DNA of 63,714 nt, counting the filler, from Catajapyx aquilonaris (Eukaryota), in the NCBI GenBank assembly GCA_000934665.2. It is 2 parts of 2 records of this genome, joined end to end, with 100 filler letters (N's around TTAATTAATTAA, not from the genome) between each part and the next. Parts side by side here need not be neighbours in the genome. Positions count along the whole stretch, not along the records: positions 31,855 to 63,714 come from JYFJ02004492.1; 1 more part is not named here. One strand, written 5' to 3'. Shown here in pieces: positions 49,183-63,465 of the stretch (its first letter is position 1; each line of letters opens with the position of its first letter). Position numbers and translations under genes: made by a program. The notes under the pieces were generated by a model. The model saw only the letters and a program-made list of their open reading frames with translations, did no database searches and was not told where the DNA came from.

Positions 49183-49767
49183 GCCCACCCTGAACTTACA
49201 AACCATACAAGTCTAATGTTTCCTATCCAATTAAGCATCCAGGCCACGCACAAGCACCTAATCACCTTGGGATCACATAGTCATGTGCATCACGGCAACT
49301 ACACACTACGGATGGCGTTTGAATGCAAGACATACACCAAGATGCATAAACATGTCACCAAAAAATTTGGCTGTGTGCACTTGACCTGGTCTGCATCCGT
49401 AATTCAACTGTGACTTACTCCTTACCATCTGCCTGTACCAGATTGCTGTGGAAGCTATGGTAACACATAGCTTTCACTAACGAGGAAGTGGGTTACATCA
49501 AGTTATACTGTCCAGGCTACATAAAGAGGAGAATTGATGGCCAACACTTGTTGGATAAGTGTTGTGCCATCACATCTACCAACTTGGATGGAATTAACTG
49601 CATATGCCTCAAATGTGAAAGTGTTTCCCATGCTGACCAACAGTCAATAACGAGCACTTTATTCCATCAAAAGGTGGGAGAAGTAAAGATTCAAAAGCTG
49701 GATGCTGGCTATCCACACACCTCTCCTGCAATGGAAAGGTTTGGGGGTTGCCACAACTTTGGTCTAT

Positions 49768-51544
49768 TAGTCTAGGAGCTAGGACAGTCCTGTTGGCATT
49801 TTGAGAGCCACAAGTTTTGTTTGTTTTGATAAATTGTACTATGTCCAGGGTCCTGTTGCGATTCGAACCCCAGAAGGTATCCATGTTGACAGGAATGGGC
49901 GTGCTTGGGTTGTTCAGAGTTACATCAATAGGATCAACTCTGTTCCGGCTTGGTATTTCCCTGTTTTTAATACTTTCGTCTTCATACAAGTCGAAAACAA
50001 TGTAAATGCGCAAACATCCTTCCGAAAGCTTTAAGAATCTTTTCCACAGGTAGTCAAAATAGTCTCCAAATGTCTTGCACATGAGCTGTTTGACGTACAC
50101 TTTTCGTGCGTATGCCACGAAGTCAGTCACAACAGCTGTTATCTCCTTGGATGCTTGAAGCTGAGTTACATCTTCCTCATTTAAAAACTGGTTTTCTAGT
50201 TCTTTGCTGAGTTGCGCTTTGTCTGGTTTCTTCAAAATCCGTTACACGTCAGGTAATTTATTTATCTTTTAATTTTTTTATTTAGTTTACCCCGTGATGA
50301 CACTTACAGGTGCTATAGGGGGGTGGCATATCACCATCAGTTTTCTGTATATTTTCTGCTTCATTCTCCGGTGCAAGGAAACAGGGACAATGGGAAAAGA
50401 TAGGGATTTTTGGGGAGGGAACATGGGTGCAAGGTGCAATATCGTAGCTATGGGTCATGTGCTGTTCCCCAGGAGGTTAGGTTGCCAGACACCTCCTTGG
50501 TGCAGGTCAGAGACCCTCCTGACGCAGGTGAAAGGAAAGTTCCCCAGGCGGGGATCGAACCTGGGGCCTTTCACTCAGCAAGCCGAGACATTACCATCTC
50601 GGCCATCTACACCTCCCCACACGTCAGGTAATAAGATGTGGACGTCAACTCATATTTCAGTCGAGTCTCTGTATCAAATCCTCTGGAACGTGCTACTTCT
50701 ATGCACCGGAGTGCATCACTCGTTTCTTTGAATGCGGACTCAGTTGCAGATTTGGCTTTCTTATTTTTAGGAAATTCCTTATGTAGGCCTATAGGAACAA
50801 AGAGACCTTTGGATTTTTCAGCCAGCCTTTCTTTAAAAGAAGCAGTTTGTAGTTATTATCTCCTTTTTCTTGTATCTGGAGTAAGTAATCAGCTACTACT
50901 GGATCGATTTTTGTTCCAGTAATGAGGTTTGATATCCCACAACTGTCATCTTTCGAGAAGGGGTTTCCTCTGTCCAGTACAAACATAAACATCCTTGAAA
51001 CACTCTGTTGGTCTTGGAGTTGTTAGAGACTTGGAAAACTCGTGATGGAGAGCAAATTCGTCCTCTTCATCGAGGCCACAAAACGTTTTTAAGAAATGCG
51101 TAAGGCTTTCTTTTTCATGTTTGATCATATTGTGCTTTGTCACAGCTTCCTTCTGCCTTGTAATCCCTATTATGCCTCCAGATCCCTTTGCTGGCGTGCG
51201 GGGAGGGGGAAAGGGGTATGAACTCGTGCCCAGGCTGAAAAATAGCCATAAACACAAAATACAACATGATGCTTCAATTTTATTACTTTTTAATGGTTTT
51301 AATGAACTCAGCACACCTGAAAACATATAAAATGATACATAGCAACCCTATATTAGACACCAAAATATTATTTTACAAGGATTTCAAAAATTAAAGATGG
51401 CGGCCATTTTCTCAAAACTGACCACAGACTATTCAGAACATGTGACCAACATTTTTTTAAACCCTGGACATAGTACAATTTATCAAAACAAACAAAACCC
51501 GTGGCTCTCAAAATGCCAACAGGACTGTCCTAGCTCCCCGACTA
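49768..51544 (-). mobile_element. Academ-like non-autonomous DNA transposon
   Basis: ~84-bp TIRs starting TAG; TSD CTAT; relic ORF with KGSGGIIGIT and IVFDLY...SIK..E..R (PIN/XPG-like) motifs. Confidence 0.8.
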
Positions 51545-52118
51545 CTATTGCTTGATCAAAGACTGATCCATGCTACACATAATATTAAATAGATAACTTC
51601 TCCTGGATAACTTGTGATCATGCAAATGGCCACAAAGGCACACTGGTGTACACTACTAGTAGGCACTGTTGTATTTCAATGTTTAAAAGTTCTGACTGCG
51701 ATTGCCTTCGTTTTCTTTACATGCAGGGGTTGCACCAGCGCAAGATTCCGGTACTGGCTTGCGCTTATTGTAATTGCTGGTGACACTGAATTTAAACCAT
51801 GGCAAATGCTGGCCTGTGCACTAGTCTGTCAGTGATACTGGCAACATCAGTGCTGCCAGTCGAACCTGAAGCACGCTTCGTTTGCAACCAGCAGCAAGTA
51901 TATAATCACAGTAACAGCCAAACTCCCACTGCAATCTCAGTATTCTGGCAGACCGCGTAAGAAGCGATCAGTGTGGGACACTCTGCGTGTGACATGGCCT
52001 GCCCCAACCCCTGCGGCCAACAGCTGAACATACCTGTGTCAGTGACCTGTTACCTTCCTCTCCCCTGCTCAACATCCATACATCCTCCTCCCTCATCTCC
52101 AAAAACTCCAGCCTATAG

Positions 52119-52778
52119 TCATCGCCTACCCTGCACTTTTTCCCCTCCAGTGTTCCGTCTCTCCCTGGAGGAATAGCTGGAGGGGTTGGGGGGGGGGGGG
52201 GTCCAGACCGGGTTGGAATAATAAAGGGTCCGCAAGAGGCGACCGAACCCTCCCCGACCCAGTGAAGAAGCCCTTGATTCGAACAACTTCCCCCCAGGAT
52301 CCCCTTGGAACGAGAGGTTCATTCCCATTTCCTTATTAATCCTTCTCCACCCCAATGTTCTCACCTTGCTGATGGCCATTATGAACTGGTTCTCTTTCTC
52401 GTCATCCGGGCCAAGAACAGCAGCAGCCATCTTGTAGTACTTGTACGGGTCCCCATCGTCCGGGTCAGGAACAGACGTTGTAGCCTTCTTCTCCGGGTCC
52501 CCATCCGCGCCAAGAAGAGCAGCAGCCATCTTGTAGTACTTGTCCGGGTCCCCATCCGGGTCAAGAACAGACGTTGTAGCCTTCTTCTCCGGGTCCCCAT
52601 CCGGCTCAAGAACAGACGTTGTAGCCTTCTTCTCCGGGTCCCCATCCGGCTCAAGAACAGACGTTGTAGCCTTCTTCTCCGGGTCCCCATCCGGGAGATG
52701 TCCGTTGGCTGACGAAGACGAGGTGGGCCCGGTGTCGTTGGTAGTAAGGGAAACCGACCCTTCACTCACGGACGCCAT
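52119..52778 (-). CDS. Unknown ORF/first exon with 45-bp repeats (PDGDPEKKATTSVLE)
   Basis: ATGGCG start; in-frame repeats; AAG/GTGAGA donor at ~52366. Confidence 0.45.
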   Translation of the reverse strand: MASVSEGSVSLTTNDTGPTSSSSANGHLPDGDPEKKATTSVLEPDGDPEKKATTSVLEPDGDPEKKATTSVLDPDGDPDKYYKMAAALLGADGDPEKKATTSVPDPDDGDPYKYYKMAAAVLGPDDEKENQFIMAISKVRTLGWRRINKEMGMNLSFQGDPGGKLFESRASSLGRGGFGRLLRTLYYSNPVWTPPPPNPSSYSSRERRNTGGEKVQGRR

Positions 52779-52864
52779 CCTAACGAGAAGGTTTTCTCCT
52801 ATTTAGTTGTCTCGTTCACGCCCTCGTGCACTCGGCCTCCTAAGTTTCACCCGTCCTCCACAAT

Positions 52865-53172
52865 AGGTGAATTCGTTTATGGCTGAGTGTAGCAATAGTG
52901 TAGCAATAGTGTAGCTCCAGCGGGAGTTCTGCATTCGTTTATGACGAAGCTGCTCTAAAGGGGCGGGGCTTGGTGTAGCACTGCATTCGTTTATCCCAGA
53001 GCAAGGGTCGGGTGTAGCGCGAGTGTAGCTCTGGCCTGCACGCTCGTTCAGGAGGGTGCAAGCGGTGTAGCAGTGGGTGTAGCTCCTCTTCCACTGTGAC
53101 GTTTCACACACGTGACCAGTCTGCACTAGAGCTACACTCCAGTGCTACAATCAGCCATAAACGAATTCACCT
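52865..53172. mobile_element. Harbinger-like MITE
   Basis: TIR AGGTGAATTCGTTTATGGCTGA; AAT duplication. Confidence 0.8.
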
Positions 53173-55995
53173 AATATGTCTGGGGAGAGCGGAGCGGATG
53201 AGCGGAGGTGCGGAGCGAATAGCCGGATACCTATCCAGCGCCACAGGAGAAGTGGCGGCACACTCTGGTACTTCCTTTATACCCTAGATACAGTACCTAG
53301 AATACAGTGGCGATGGCGACTGATGGCGAGTCTAGGCTCTAAGGGCTCCATACTGACTTCTGAGTCGGACTGAGTCATACTGAGCTGGCCAAAATAGCTG
53401 CCGGAGTGCCAGAGTGCCCGATGCGCTGCTCTTTGACTGCTTCAACACCACAGACCTGTATAAGCATGAGGGCTGACATGCACTTATTTTTAGCTGTGTC
53501 ATAGGAAGCCACTATGATTTTGCATATGTATGGCATGGTTGTCACCATATGGCTAGATAGGGAGTTGCAGGGGGCTGGTATCAGTACAACTGTACCCATT
53601 TATGGCAACCCTGTACTCCCATGCAGTACATCCAGGTACCGGTACCGTACCAACATCACTTATTTGGAGGTGCCCTTTGTGGCTATTTAAAAACTGTAAT
53701 ACATGTCTGAGGCTGCACCATTAATGTGCAGACTCATCCTACAATGTGAAATAAAGGGGTGTCCAAAGACACCTCACCTATAGTGGGGTGACTCCGGACA
53801 GCATAGTATATTTTCACATTAAAGAACACTTTTTATGTGAACTACTGTTGTGTTCTTCGATATATAACTTTTCCTCCTGTCTAAGTTAATTTATTCAGAA
53901 TTTTCAAGAGCTAATAACTTATTAGCTCTTGGAATTTTCCATCAATATGTCTTAATGGAACAGCTAAAAAACTGCCAAAAAGCATCCGAAGTCACCCCAT
54001 TCTACAGTACAAAACATCTGGAAAATACGTACCGGAAAAACTTCTGTACTACCATGTGTGTTAGCCAAATACGTCTTACCTGGTTTATGATGTTTCACAT
54101 TAAAGTGGGATGGGCAGGTGATTTAGGTGTCAATGCAGTCAAAGGCTGCTACTGTGCATGTGCAATCTTTGTATTGCATTGATTGAACCATGTACTCAAA
54201 CAGATCGAATTTTGTAACAATATTAAATGTCATTTGGATATCACATCCACTGGGAGAGTAAGACACATTCTATAAAAAATAACGATAATAATGGATACCC
54301 CGTGATAAGCCTCCTTGGGCATTTTAGGGGATCATCTTTTTAATTGACCGACTTTAATCATTGACTTGCTGTGATGGATTTTGATTGTGGGAGGAAACGG
54401 GAGAACCCTGAGAAAACCCACGCGAACATGGAGAGAACCCACCGAAACTCTATCCACGTAAGTATCCTCTGTCCGACACAGGGATCAAACTTGGGACCTC
54501 CGAGGTGGAAGGCTGTGTCGCTAACCACTCGGCCACCATGTCGCCCGAGTAAGACACATTCTACTCATAATTGAAAAATTTCCCAAAATTGTTTGATAAC
54601 TTCATTTACTTGTCAACAATAATGCAGCCCAGCCTGATCCTAATCAGCCATGATTTTGTGTAGTTCCAAAAGGCTGTCTGCACCATACAAGTGACAGATT
54701 ACCCTTAAGCCCACTTTACACAGGCCCTTTGACTTAGACTCTCTCCAAATCAGAATGATAGAAGAGAAGTTGGTTCCCCAATGTCCTCAGCACCTCCAAC
54801 ACTCCTCCCCATCGGGGAGGTGTAGATGGCTGAGATGGTAACGTCTCGGCTTGCTGAGCGAACGGCCCCAGGTTCGATCCCCGCCTGGGGAACTTTCCTT
54901 TCACCTGCATCAGGAGGGTCCCTGACCTGCACCTTGGAGGTGTCTGGCAACCTAACCTCCTGGGGAACAGCACGTGACCCCTTTACCAACATTGCACTTG
55001 CACCCATGTTCCCTCCCCAAAAATCCATATCCTTTCCCAATGTCCCTGTTTCCTTGCACCAGAGAATGAAGTTGAAAAATATATAGAAAACTGATGGTGG
55101 TGTGCCACCCCCCTATAGATCCCGTAAGGGACATCACGGGGTATTAAAAAAAAAGCACACTCCTCCCCATCGCTTCTGCCCTATCTTCAGGTGGGGTTAT
55201 GAGGTCAGGGGCGGATCCAAGGGGGGTCACGGGGGTCATGACCCCCCCCCAAACCGTGGAAAGTGAAATATTTTCTAAATCTTAATCTGCAAATTAGGAT
55301 GATTTTTTGGAAAAAGTGCTACCAATTTCATCAAATCTCCCACATTCACCTAAGCTCGTGTGACCTTGAACCCCTCCAAAATTTTGCCTGCGGCGCTCTT
55401 GCTTCCCGCCCTTTGCGACTTATGCCCCCGCCCCGCCTCGCAAACGCCACCAAGTCTGCGGTATGGTACAGAACGTGGTGGTACAGAAAGTGGTGGGGGG
55501 CAAAAGTTTTGGTGGAGGAGGTGGTGCAGTGGGTAGCGGTCGAGATCAGGAGTCCAACAGGAAAGATGGCACAAGCCATTCAGAGATCCACTTTCTTTCC
55601 AACAGTTCCTCCACACGGTTACTTTGATACTATCCCCTGCCCTCTCTCCAATGTCAGACTACCCTAGGAGACCAAAGATGGTCTCCCTGGTTCCGATGTT
55701 GAATCAACATGGAGTGCCATTTATACAGAGGGTTCGATGGTCAAATCTGTGTCGGATGATGGAAAGTGAAACTTTGTCAAGCCCACTTTATTGATCACTT
55801 ACAAGTGCTGCAAAAAATTTGCAAAGTATTGTTGCCAATGCAGAAACAAACTCATTCTGTGGATCACATAAGGGACAAAATTTAGACTGTACATTTTGCA
55901 ACGCATGTTTATTAAAAACGAGTGTTCACAAAAATGTCAGCGACCTCAGGTTTTATTTATCAAGACTTGTCTCGGCTGTGCCACTGTCCAATATA

Positions 55996-58900
55996 TTACA
56001 CGTCATCCCATGGGTCTTCTGGAGCTGTTGCTAACCCATGCTCCTCTATAACATCACTCTCTGCATCAGACGCTGCAAAATACAACAGGTTAGATTCTCT
56101 TTTACGACCTTTCAAACTTATGAATATACTTACATTCAGACTTATAAACCAAAACTGGCTTGGTGTATGATGTGCTAAATGCTGTGGGGCTGCTCAATGC
56201 AGTTAAAAATTCCAGCTTGCCTTGCAGCTGGGAGAGAGATGAATTCATTTTGACCCTTGATTTGAGAATGTCAAACAAAGCCTGCACGTCACTTTCATCT
56301 TTGTAGATAGCAAAATATGACGTGTGTGTTTGTGCAAGGCAGTTCAACCACTGTGTGTGTGATGATCGACTGAAAAGAATAACAATGAATTTATACTTGT
56401 TAATGAGCTGAGAAACAACTCACTCTTTGCTGTAGGACTTGACCGAATCTTTAAGGTATGCTAATAGCGGCAATAATGCTTCCTGATCAAGCTTCCGCAC
56501 TGTATCCGTTATGATGTCTAGGTCATCCTTCTGAAGGACAGATTGCACAACTTTGGTATTCTTTGTCCGTAATCCGTCCCAAAGTGTCTGGGAAAGGTTC
56601 CCTTGGGCCTTCTCTTTCATCCACTTCTGTTTGGCCACATCTCTGAATCCAAGAACTGCCTTCTCACACTGGCCATTTTTATTTTCTGAAGCCTGCTCTA
56701 CATCTTCTGTTGATTCTTCCTCTTCCATTGATTCTTCCCCCTAACAGAAAAAAAATCAAAATGACATTATCCAATTGCTAGATAGTATTATTGACAATTG
56801 AGTTAGGAGTGATGCAACTATTGGTAAGTGACAATGTTTCCTTCACAAGTGTGTTTCTGTACTTGGGTCGTGACATGGGATGCTAAGATCAAGAGGTGAT
56901 GGTTCAAGACTGCCACAAGACATTGGCTGGCATCTGTAACTGTGACCAAATTCATTTCAAAGAACAACTTAAATGTTTCACTTACATCTTCAACTATTTC
57001 TGGTGTTGGCTCTAGTAGCTTCCACATGAATGTATTCTCCTCCAACTTGCTCATTTCCTGTAAATGGCAGATGTACGTAAATTGTTTTGCTTCAAAAATT
57101 ATGACAATAAAGGTTACACTCACAAAGGTTTCAAACAGAGGGCGATCATATGATCCCCAGAGGACTACTATTTTCTGTCCGGCAACACAAGCACCAGCTA
57201 GAATGGATATTGGCTGCTCTCCTTCAGACACACTATCTCTGAGAGTGTCGATCCGAATGTTTTTGATCGGCTTCACCGGTTTCTGAGAGCTCCTGCAAGA
57301 GGAAATATGTCATCATCTGATAGGTCACTTCTGTTAATGAACTTACCTGTGCAATTGATGCTGGAAAACGTGAAGCATTCCTGTCTTGGTCACAATCGCC
57401 ATCCATAAGTCTCCTTTCATTTGACCTTCATGCACATGTGCAAAAATGGCCTCACCAGACAGGACAAATGATGGGGTGTGGGTAGTTTTGCCTTTTACTT
57501 GTAAGTTCCATGCACTAACAACCCTCTCACCCCTTGCCACACTGATGCAAAATCCAGGAACCCATCCTAGTAGAAGTATACTGTTAGCATGTCCTGGGTA
57601 TCTCCTGATGGCCTTCTCCTTCTCAACATTCCACATTGTTATGGTTTGGCTCGCAGTCAGCAGCCACTGTCCATCTGTTGTGGAGCATATGGCTGATATG
57701 GATTCTTCTCCACTTTTCCACTTCCTAGAGAGGAAATAGATCTTTTGAGTTCAACTGTAGGCCCTCACAAAGATGGCTTGGAGAGGTGTGCCCACACACA
57801 CACAGTGGTCTTGGAATATCATAGCATAAAGCCTTGTTCCCACAGTTAAAGGAAGGGTTCAGTGATTTTGCATGTTGGGCTTCAAAGATCAAGGAAGACT
57901 CCCTGGTTCCAAAAATGTGGTCAGTTTTTGAATCTGATGTCGCATAAGTGAATGCTGTTAGTTCAAAGTCGTAACCCACTTTGGTATTAGCTAAGGTATT
58001 TTTGCGCCGCCTGTGGAGCTCCCGGTAAATTGGGAAGACAAGATGCTCCGAGATGCCCAATGGGAAGGCTTAGCCGCTGAGCCAATTTTTGAACTAGGAT
58101 ACGGCTGAATTTTGAACTAGGAAGGGAGAGGGACGGTGGGAAAGGATATCGATAGTAGTGCTAGTGCTCCAGGCAAGTGGCAGACAAGTGTGGCTGTGTT
58201 TTGCACTTGTCACGTCTCTATTCTCAGGTAGTGGTTCAAGCACAATGCTCAAAGCCAGGAAGCAACCCGTGTGGGGATGCTGCATGGTGTGTGGGCGAAA
58301 AGACAAGGATGACAAAGCAGATGTGATGTTCTTCTCCTTCCCCTGTGCCAAGGAAGACTTGATGCAACAGTGGAGGTATTCCGTGTCTCCCTCTGGATTA
58401 TACTCCGCGACAGTACCGTCTTGGTAGGGCTCGAATTGGTACAGAAGTATCCCGTAGGTATCACTTGGTCGCGTGGTCTGGTCACTCGCGCCTCTCGCTC
58501 CCTCTTGCCCTCCATCTGCCCACCCCGCCTCATCCTCGCCTGCCTTTCCATGGCTCTTGGCACCTGGGGCAGGTCCCACTCAGGTCGAAAACCCAACCAC
58601 CTGGCTTGCATGCGGCTTGTCTCTGAGGGACACCATCTTTATGACGTCATCTCATCTTCGAAGCTTCCCTGCTCACGGCTAGATGGAACGCGTGTTCAGC
58701 GCTGATTTTTAACAAAATTGACTGACTTGAAATTTTACGCCTTATGGTGCATCTGCCAACAAAAACGGATTGGATATTTGAAATCAGGGAGTGTTGCTTG
58801 ATTTTTGGAGTCCAACAGGCAAAATCACTGAACCTTTCTTTTAAGGCAGCACATGAACCAGGAGTAAAGTTCTTCTTTACGAAGGCCCTGGCCACATGTG

Positions 58901-61607
58901 ACGTTGCATGTTTTCTCTGTGTCAGAGTTACGGTGACACTTGCATGTTCTTTCTGTGCTCATGAAAGTTTTCTCGTGGTTGTCATGTTTCCTCCCATAAT
59001 CCAAATTCAACAATAGTGCAGCCACTAATACAAAGACACCAGCAGCCCCCAGTCACTTGTATACCTGATACATTGCTCCTCCTGTGAGCTTTGCTCCTCC
59101 TGTGAGCTTTGCTCCTCCTGTGAGCTTTGCTCCTCCTGTGAGCTTTGCTCCTCCTGTGAGCTTTGCTCCTCCTGTGAGCTTTGCTCCTCTTCCTGACCAA
59201 GGGGGGTTTGCCACGGCGGCGCAGGGATCAGGAGCCAACATAGGTGATGCTGCCACTAGCGGGTGGCCTAGTCCATATCAATTCAGGCAGGCAAAGAGAA
59301 AATCTTACCTTCATAGCCTCAGATGTTTTTGAATTGAACATATGTTAAATTTCAGAAAAAGGTCAACAACCCGTATTTTAATCAGAAAAATACTATCTTT
59401 CAAATATTAAAAAATGCAACAAAATATGTTGAACCGTTCCAGAGATAGAGGGTTTTAAAATTTTGACGAAAATCGCACATGAGAAATGGCGGCGAGGCGT
59501 CATCTTTGGCGGCCTGTATCTTGGGCCAGGAATTTGTTTGAACAAAACAAAAAAATACGGGTTGTCGACTTCTTCCGGAATTTTAACATAGGTTAAATTC
59601 AAAAACATCTGAGACTATGAAGGTATCCCCTGAACAGGGTTGGCATGATTATAATCATGATTATAATCAACTGATTTATAATGAAAAATCTTGATTATAA
59701 TCACTAATAATAATAACAATAACAACAATAGTAACAATAATTTAAAGAAGTTAAAATGTTGAAAGGCTAAAAAAATATCCTACCATAGAACCATAGTACA
59801 GTACTGGCCAATAATCGAGGCAACGACTAGCGACATTTTCCCGAAGCGGCAGAAGAAGGAATCGAAGATAAGCATGCTTCAAGCCGGGCGAGCATGATTC
59901 CTTCTTCTGCCGCTTCGGGAAAATGTCGCTAGTCGTTGCCTCGATTATTGGCCAGTACTGTACCATGTACAGTCAATCCTCGTTTAACATCGGGGATAGC
60001 CGGATAGGTTCGTGACTTCGTGTAAAGTGAAACATTATTACATTAATCATTTAATCTTATGGGAATTGGGAAATAGGGGGATAGGTTCCTGGGAGACCAG
60101 GTTCGTCATACATTTATCCTACCAATAATCACAAACTCACCAGTCAAAAAGTTAAAAGTTAAAACTCTTGACTCTTGAATTTTGACTTATTGTATATGTA
60201 GTAAAATACAGTTTAATTATCATAATCAGTACATGAGAACATGACAGAGCCACAGAGGTAGTACATCAGGCACTGCTTTCTGCGTAATACAGATACAGTA
60301 TAGTGTACAATAATACTGTAAGTGTTACAGACTTACAGGTATGTACACACGTGCACTACTGAATAGTGTAGTCGGCTAGTCGCTCCCAAGTAAGCGGAAT
60401 CCGTGTTAAACGAGGATTGACTGTATATTGTATCATGCACTTTCCTTGGAATGTAACATGTTTGACAATATTAACATACATTTCTTGATTATCTTCAAAT
60501 AGCAGGTGGGGTTTTTATCAGGAAAATTAAATAAAGTGCTGTACTACAAATAATAACATTATTATATTAAAATAATCTGATTATAATCAAAATAATCCGA
60601 TTATTGGATTATTTTAAAATAATCATTGATTATTGCCAACCCTGCCCCTGAATGGATATGGACTAGGCCGGGCAATTCTGAACCATTTTGCTATATTCTG
60701 ATTGGCTGGATTTTCCTCCAGCCTCCAGCCTATCGGAGACGAGCAAGATGGTTCAGAAATGCCCACTAGTTGTGACGTCACCTGTGTTGGCTCCTGATCT
60801 CTGCGCCGCTGTGACAAACCCCCCTGGGTCGGGGAGAGGAGCTGTGGTCACACAAAATGGCGGGGATATGTCGCAAAGTAGTTATTTTTTGGTAGCTTGT
60901 TTAACCCCAACCCAGGTGGTTGAACATAGCATTTGCTATGTAATCTGGCACTTGGGCAAGCTACAAAACACAACAGCTTCGAGCAAAATTTCCTATAACC
61001 AGAGGGACCCGCACACTTGGAATACCCTGTACATTGCACTTGTGATTACACAGGGGCTTGCCTCCTGTAATGTCATGAGAGATTAGTGGCACTTGGGACC
61101 AGGGCCTAACTCAGCCATCATAAGATGATGAACGTTACCTCATAGAAACACCACGGTGCAAATCCCATTGAATCAAGCAGTTGTCCTGCGCAGCTGAAAA
61201 TGCTTGTTGCGACCCTTTGCTCCAGCACATGCAGGTAACAGGCGATGCATGCTTATTGGTCAAGGTCACAGCGACCTCACAGAGTGAGATGTCAAACACC
61301 AGCACTGTCCCAGAGAATGTGCCTAAAAGCAGCTTCTCCTCCGCCTTCTCCTCCTCTCCATCCTGCAACAAAATCCCAATCAGTTGTTCCCAAAATGGCA
61401 TGACACCAGCAGTTTACTCACAACTGGAAGCCATGCCAAGCAGGTGTATCGTGAGGCCATGACTTCATCTGCAGCATAGTTGCACCAAAGTGTTGCTGTG
61501 GACACCTTCCATAGCTTGAGACGACCATCACAGCCGACGCAAGCCCAGTATTTGCCTTTCTCGCTAAAACCGGCGCGGTTCCACCCCACCCACGAGTCCC
61601 AGGACAT
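55996..61607 (-). CDS. WDR43: WD repeat-containing protein 43 / UTP5; exons 61607-61422, 61362-61139, 57724-57347, 57292-57124, 57057-56986, 56740-56424, 56369-56134, 56072-55996
   Basis: FS..G.Y.A....DGRLKLW, WD40 repeats, C-terminal Utp12-like L.QLQGKLEFL; all introns GT-AG with consistent phases. Confidence 0.9.
58240..58430 (+). pseudogene. THAP-like zinc-finger relic in a WDR43 intron
   Basis: CCMVCG...FFSFP.......QQW. Confidence 0.45.
59073..59188. repeat. 18-bp minisatellite, about 6 copies
   Basis: TTGCTCCTCCTGTGAGCT tandem. Confidence 0.95.
59307..60643. mobile_element. MITE stack: 59307-59625 TIR element; hAT-like 59635-60643 containing a palindromic MITE and a Tigger-like element at 59970-60423
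   Basis: TIR pairs ACCTTCATAG, CAGGGTTGGCA, CAGTCAATCCTCGTTTAACA. Confidence 0.75.
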
Positions 61608-62421
61608 GTTTTTAACCAAAAACCACTAACGGCGTGCTGGATGCATCGTGCACGATCTCAACAAGCGGTGAGCACACTGTTAAATGAAATATTCACCGTA
61701 TATGATATTAGGTACCGTCAAATCATTACTACACAATACCTTGCATTGCAGTGTACTGCATTTAAAAAGAAGTAGCATTTGAAGTTGTTCTGGGTAGAAA
61801 ATATCTCGTATGATATTTTAATTGTGTCAAGATTATGTTAAAGGGTCAACAATCACAAGTTAATCATAGGGTAATTTTGTTTGGAAGGCAACAGGAATTC
61901 ATGTTATTTCGATTTGACTGTACAAAGTATCAGAAAATTACTTCAACCCCTCACAGGTAGTAGGTGATCCAAGCAGTGCTGGTAAACACAGGCAGTACTA
62001 TACTATATACTTGAGTAGGGTTGTGGACTCTGTGGACTTGTGGTACGTCAGGTAGCGTCAGGCGCGTCAGGTGGCAACTGAATGACCACGGTGCTAAGGT
62101 GAGATCAGGTGAGATGGGCTTGACAGAGTACAGACCTAACTTGACAATGGGCGTCAACTATTGTTGAGACATGTGTTCTAGGGCTGAAGTATGGTATGGC
62201 AGCCTTTATTGAGGATAATAGTGATTAATGAACAGTGATCATGATTCTAATTTGCTATTGTTGGTGTAGCGAACACTACGTGGCTCGTAAAATTTCAAAT
62301 CGCATGATTGTCTGGAAAATAAAAATAAAAATTCTAGAAGGTTTCTCGCAATTTACATAACTACTTTTAACAATAAAAATGTGCAAATTTATGATGTTCA
62401 TATCTCAGAGAACATAACTAT

Positions 62422-62662
62422 AGGGGGTGTTCCAAATAAAGGATAAAGTGAAGCAATATCTCCAGAGCTATTTGTCTCATTTGAGTGCCAGTAGTACCAT
62501 TAGCTCTTGGTAGTACCTGTGAGTAGGCACTTGCTGGCCAATTGTCATGCAGAGTAGTAAGTAGTTAGTATGCATGTATCGGGCAGGAGAGCATTTTATG
62601 CAAAACCTCTTGGGCTATGGATTCGTCCAATCAGGCACAACTCACCATCATCCTTTTTCCTC

Positions 62663-62704
<42 letters not shown>

Positions 62705-63465
62705 GTAATAGTAATATCATACCCCGTTATCAGCCAGCGGCTCTTTAGGGGGGAGTTTTTTGTTTTGACTGGAACTCCTTTGCATTTTTACTTCGCTTTT
62801 GGGGATAGGCTAGGGATGGAAGGAAGCGGCTGTGGCCTATTATTTTAGGACACAACCCCGCATTTACCTGGAGGGACCATGGGAAACCACAGAAAACCAC
62901 AGTTAGCGTTTCCGGCCCCGGGGATCGAACCCAGGACCTCCCGATTAGCAGTCGGATACCATATCCCCTCCGCCATCACTGCTTCGGTCTCCTTTTTCGT
63001 CTTCACTGCACCAGTGAACAGTGTCCATTGGATGCCAAGGGCATGTGGGAAAGCCTGCTTCAACCACAACACCTTGGTGGTGATGACAACACCCACTTAT
63101 CCAGGGCTCGAAAGGTCCTCCATGCACACACGTCTGCCCAGAAATTCCATACACCTTGAGAAGAGAGTCTTGTGGTTGAAACAGGTATCCATACACCTTT
63201 TGCATCTAATGGACAACGTCCACTGGTGCAGTGCCTTACTTGATGAGGGAAAAGGATGATGGCAAGTTGTGCCTGGTTGGACAAATCATTCTCCCAGGGG
63301 ATCTTGGATAAAATGCTCTCCTGCCCAATACATGCATACTAACCACTAACTACGGTGCATGGCAATTAGCCATGCAAGTGCCTACTCAGAGGTACCACTA
63401 GCACACGGCTGAGACGAAAAGCTCCAGAGATATTGCCTCACTTTGTTTAATTTGAACATCCCTTA
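62422..63465. mobile_element. Degenerate TIR element containing a SINE
   Basis: 62422-62550 is inverted at 63360-63465. Confidence 0.55.

Noticed and set aside
56863..56926. Extra WDR43 exon
   Set aside because: The flanking exons join in phase 0 without it; inclusion would shift the frame
59073..59188. 18-bp repeat array as CRISPR or coding repeat
   Set aside because: No spacers; plain minisatellite in a eukaryotic intron, so the ORFs are artefacts
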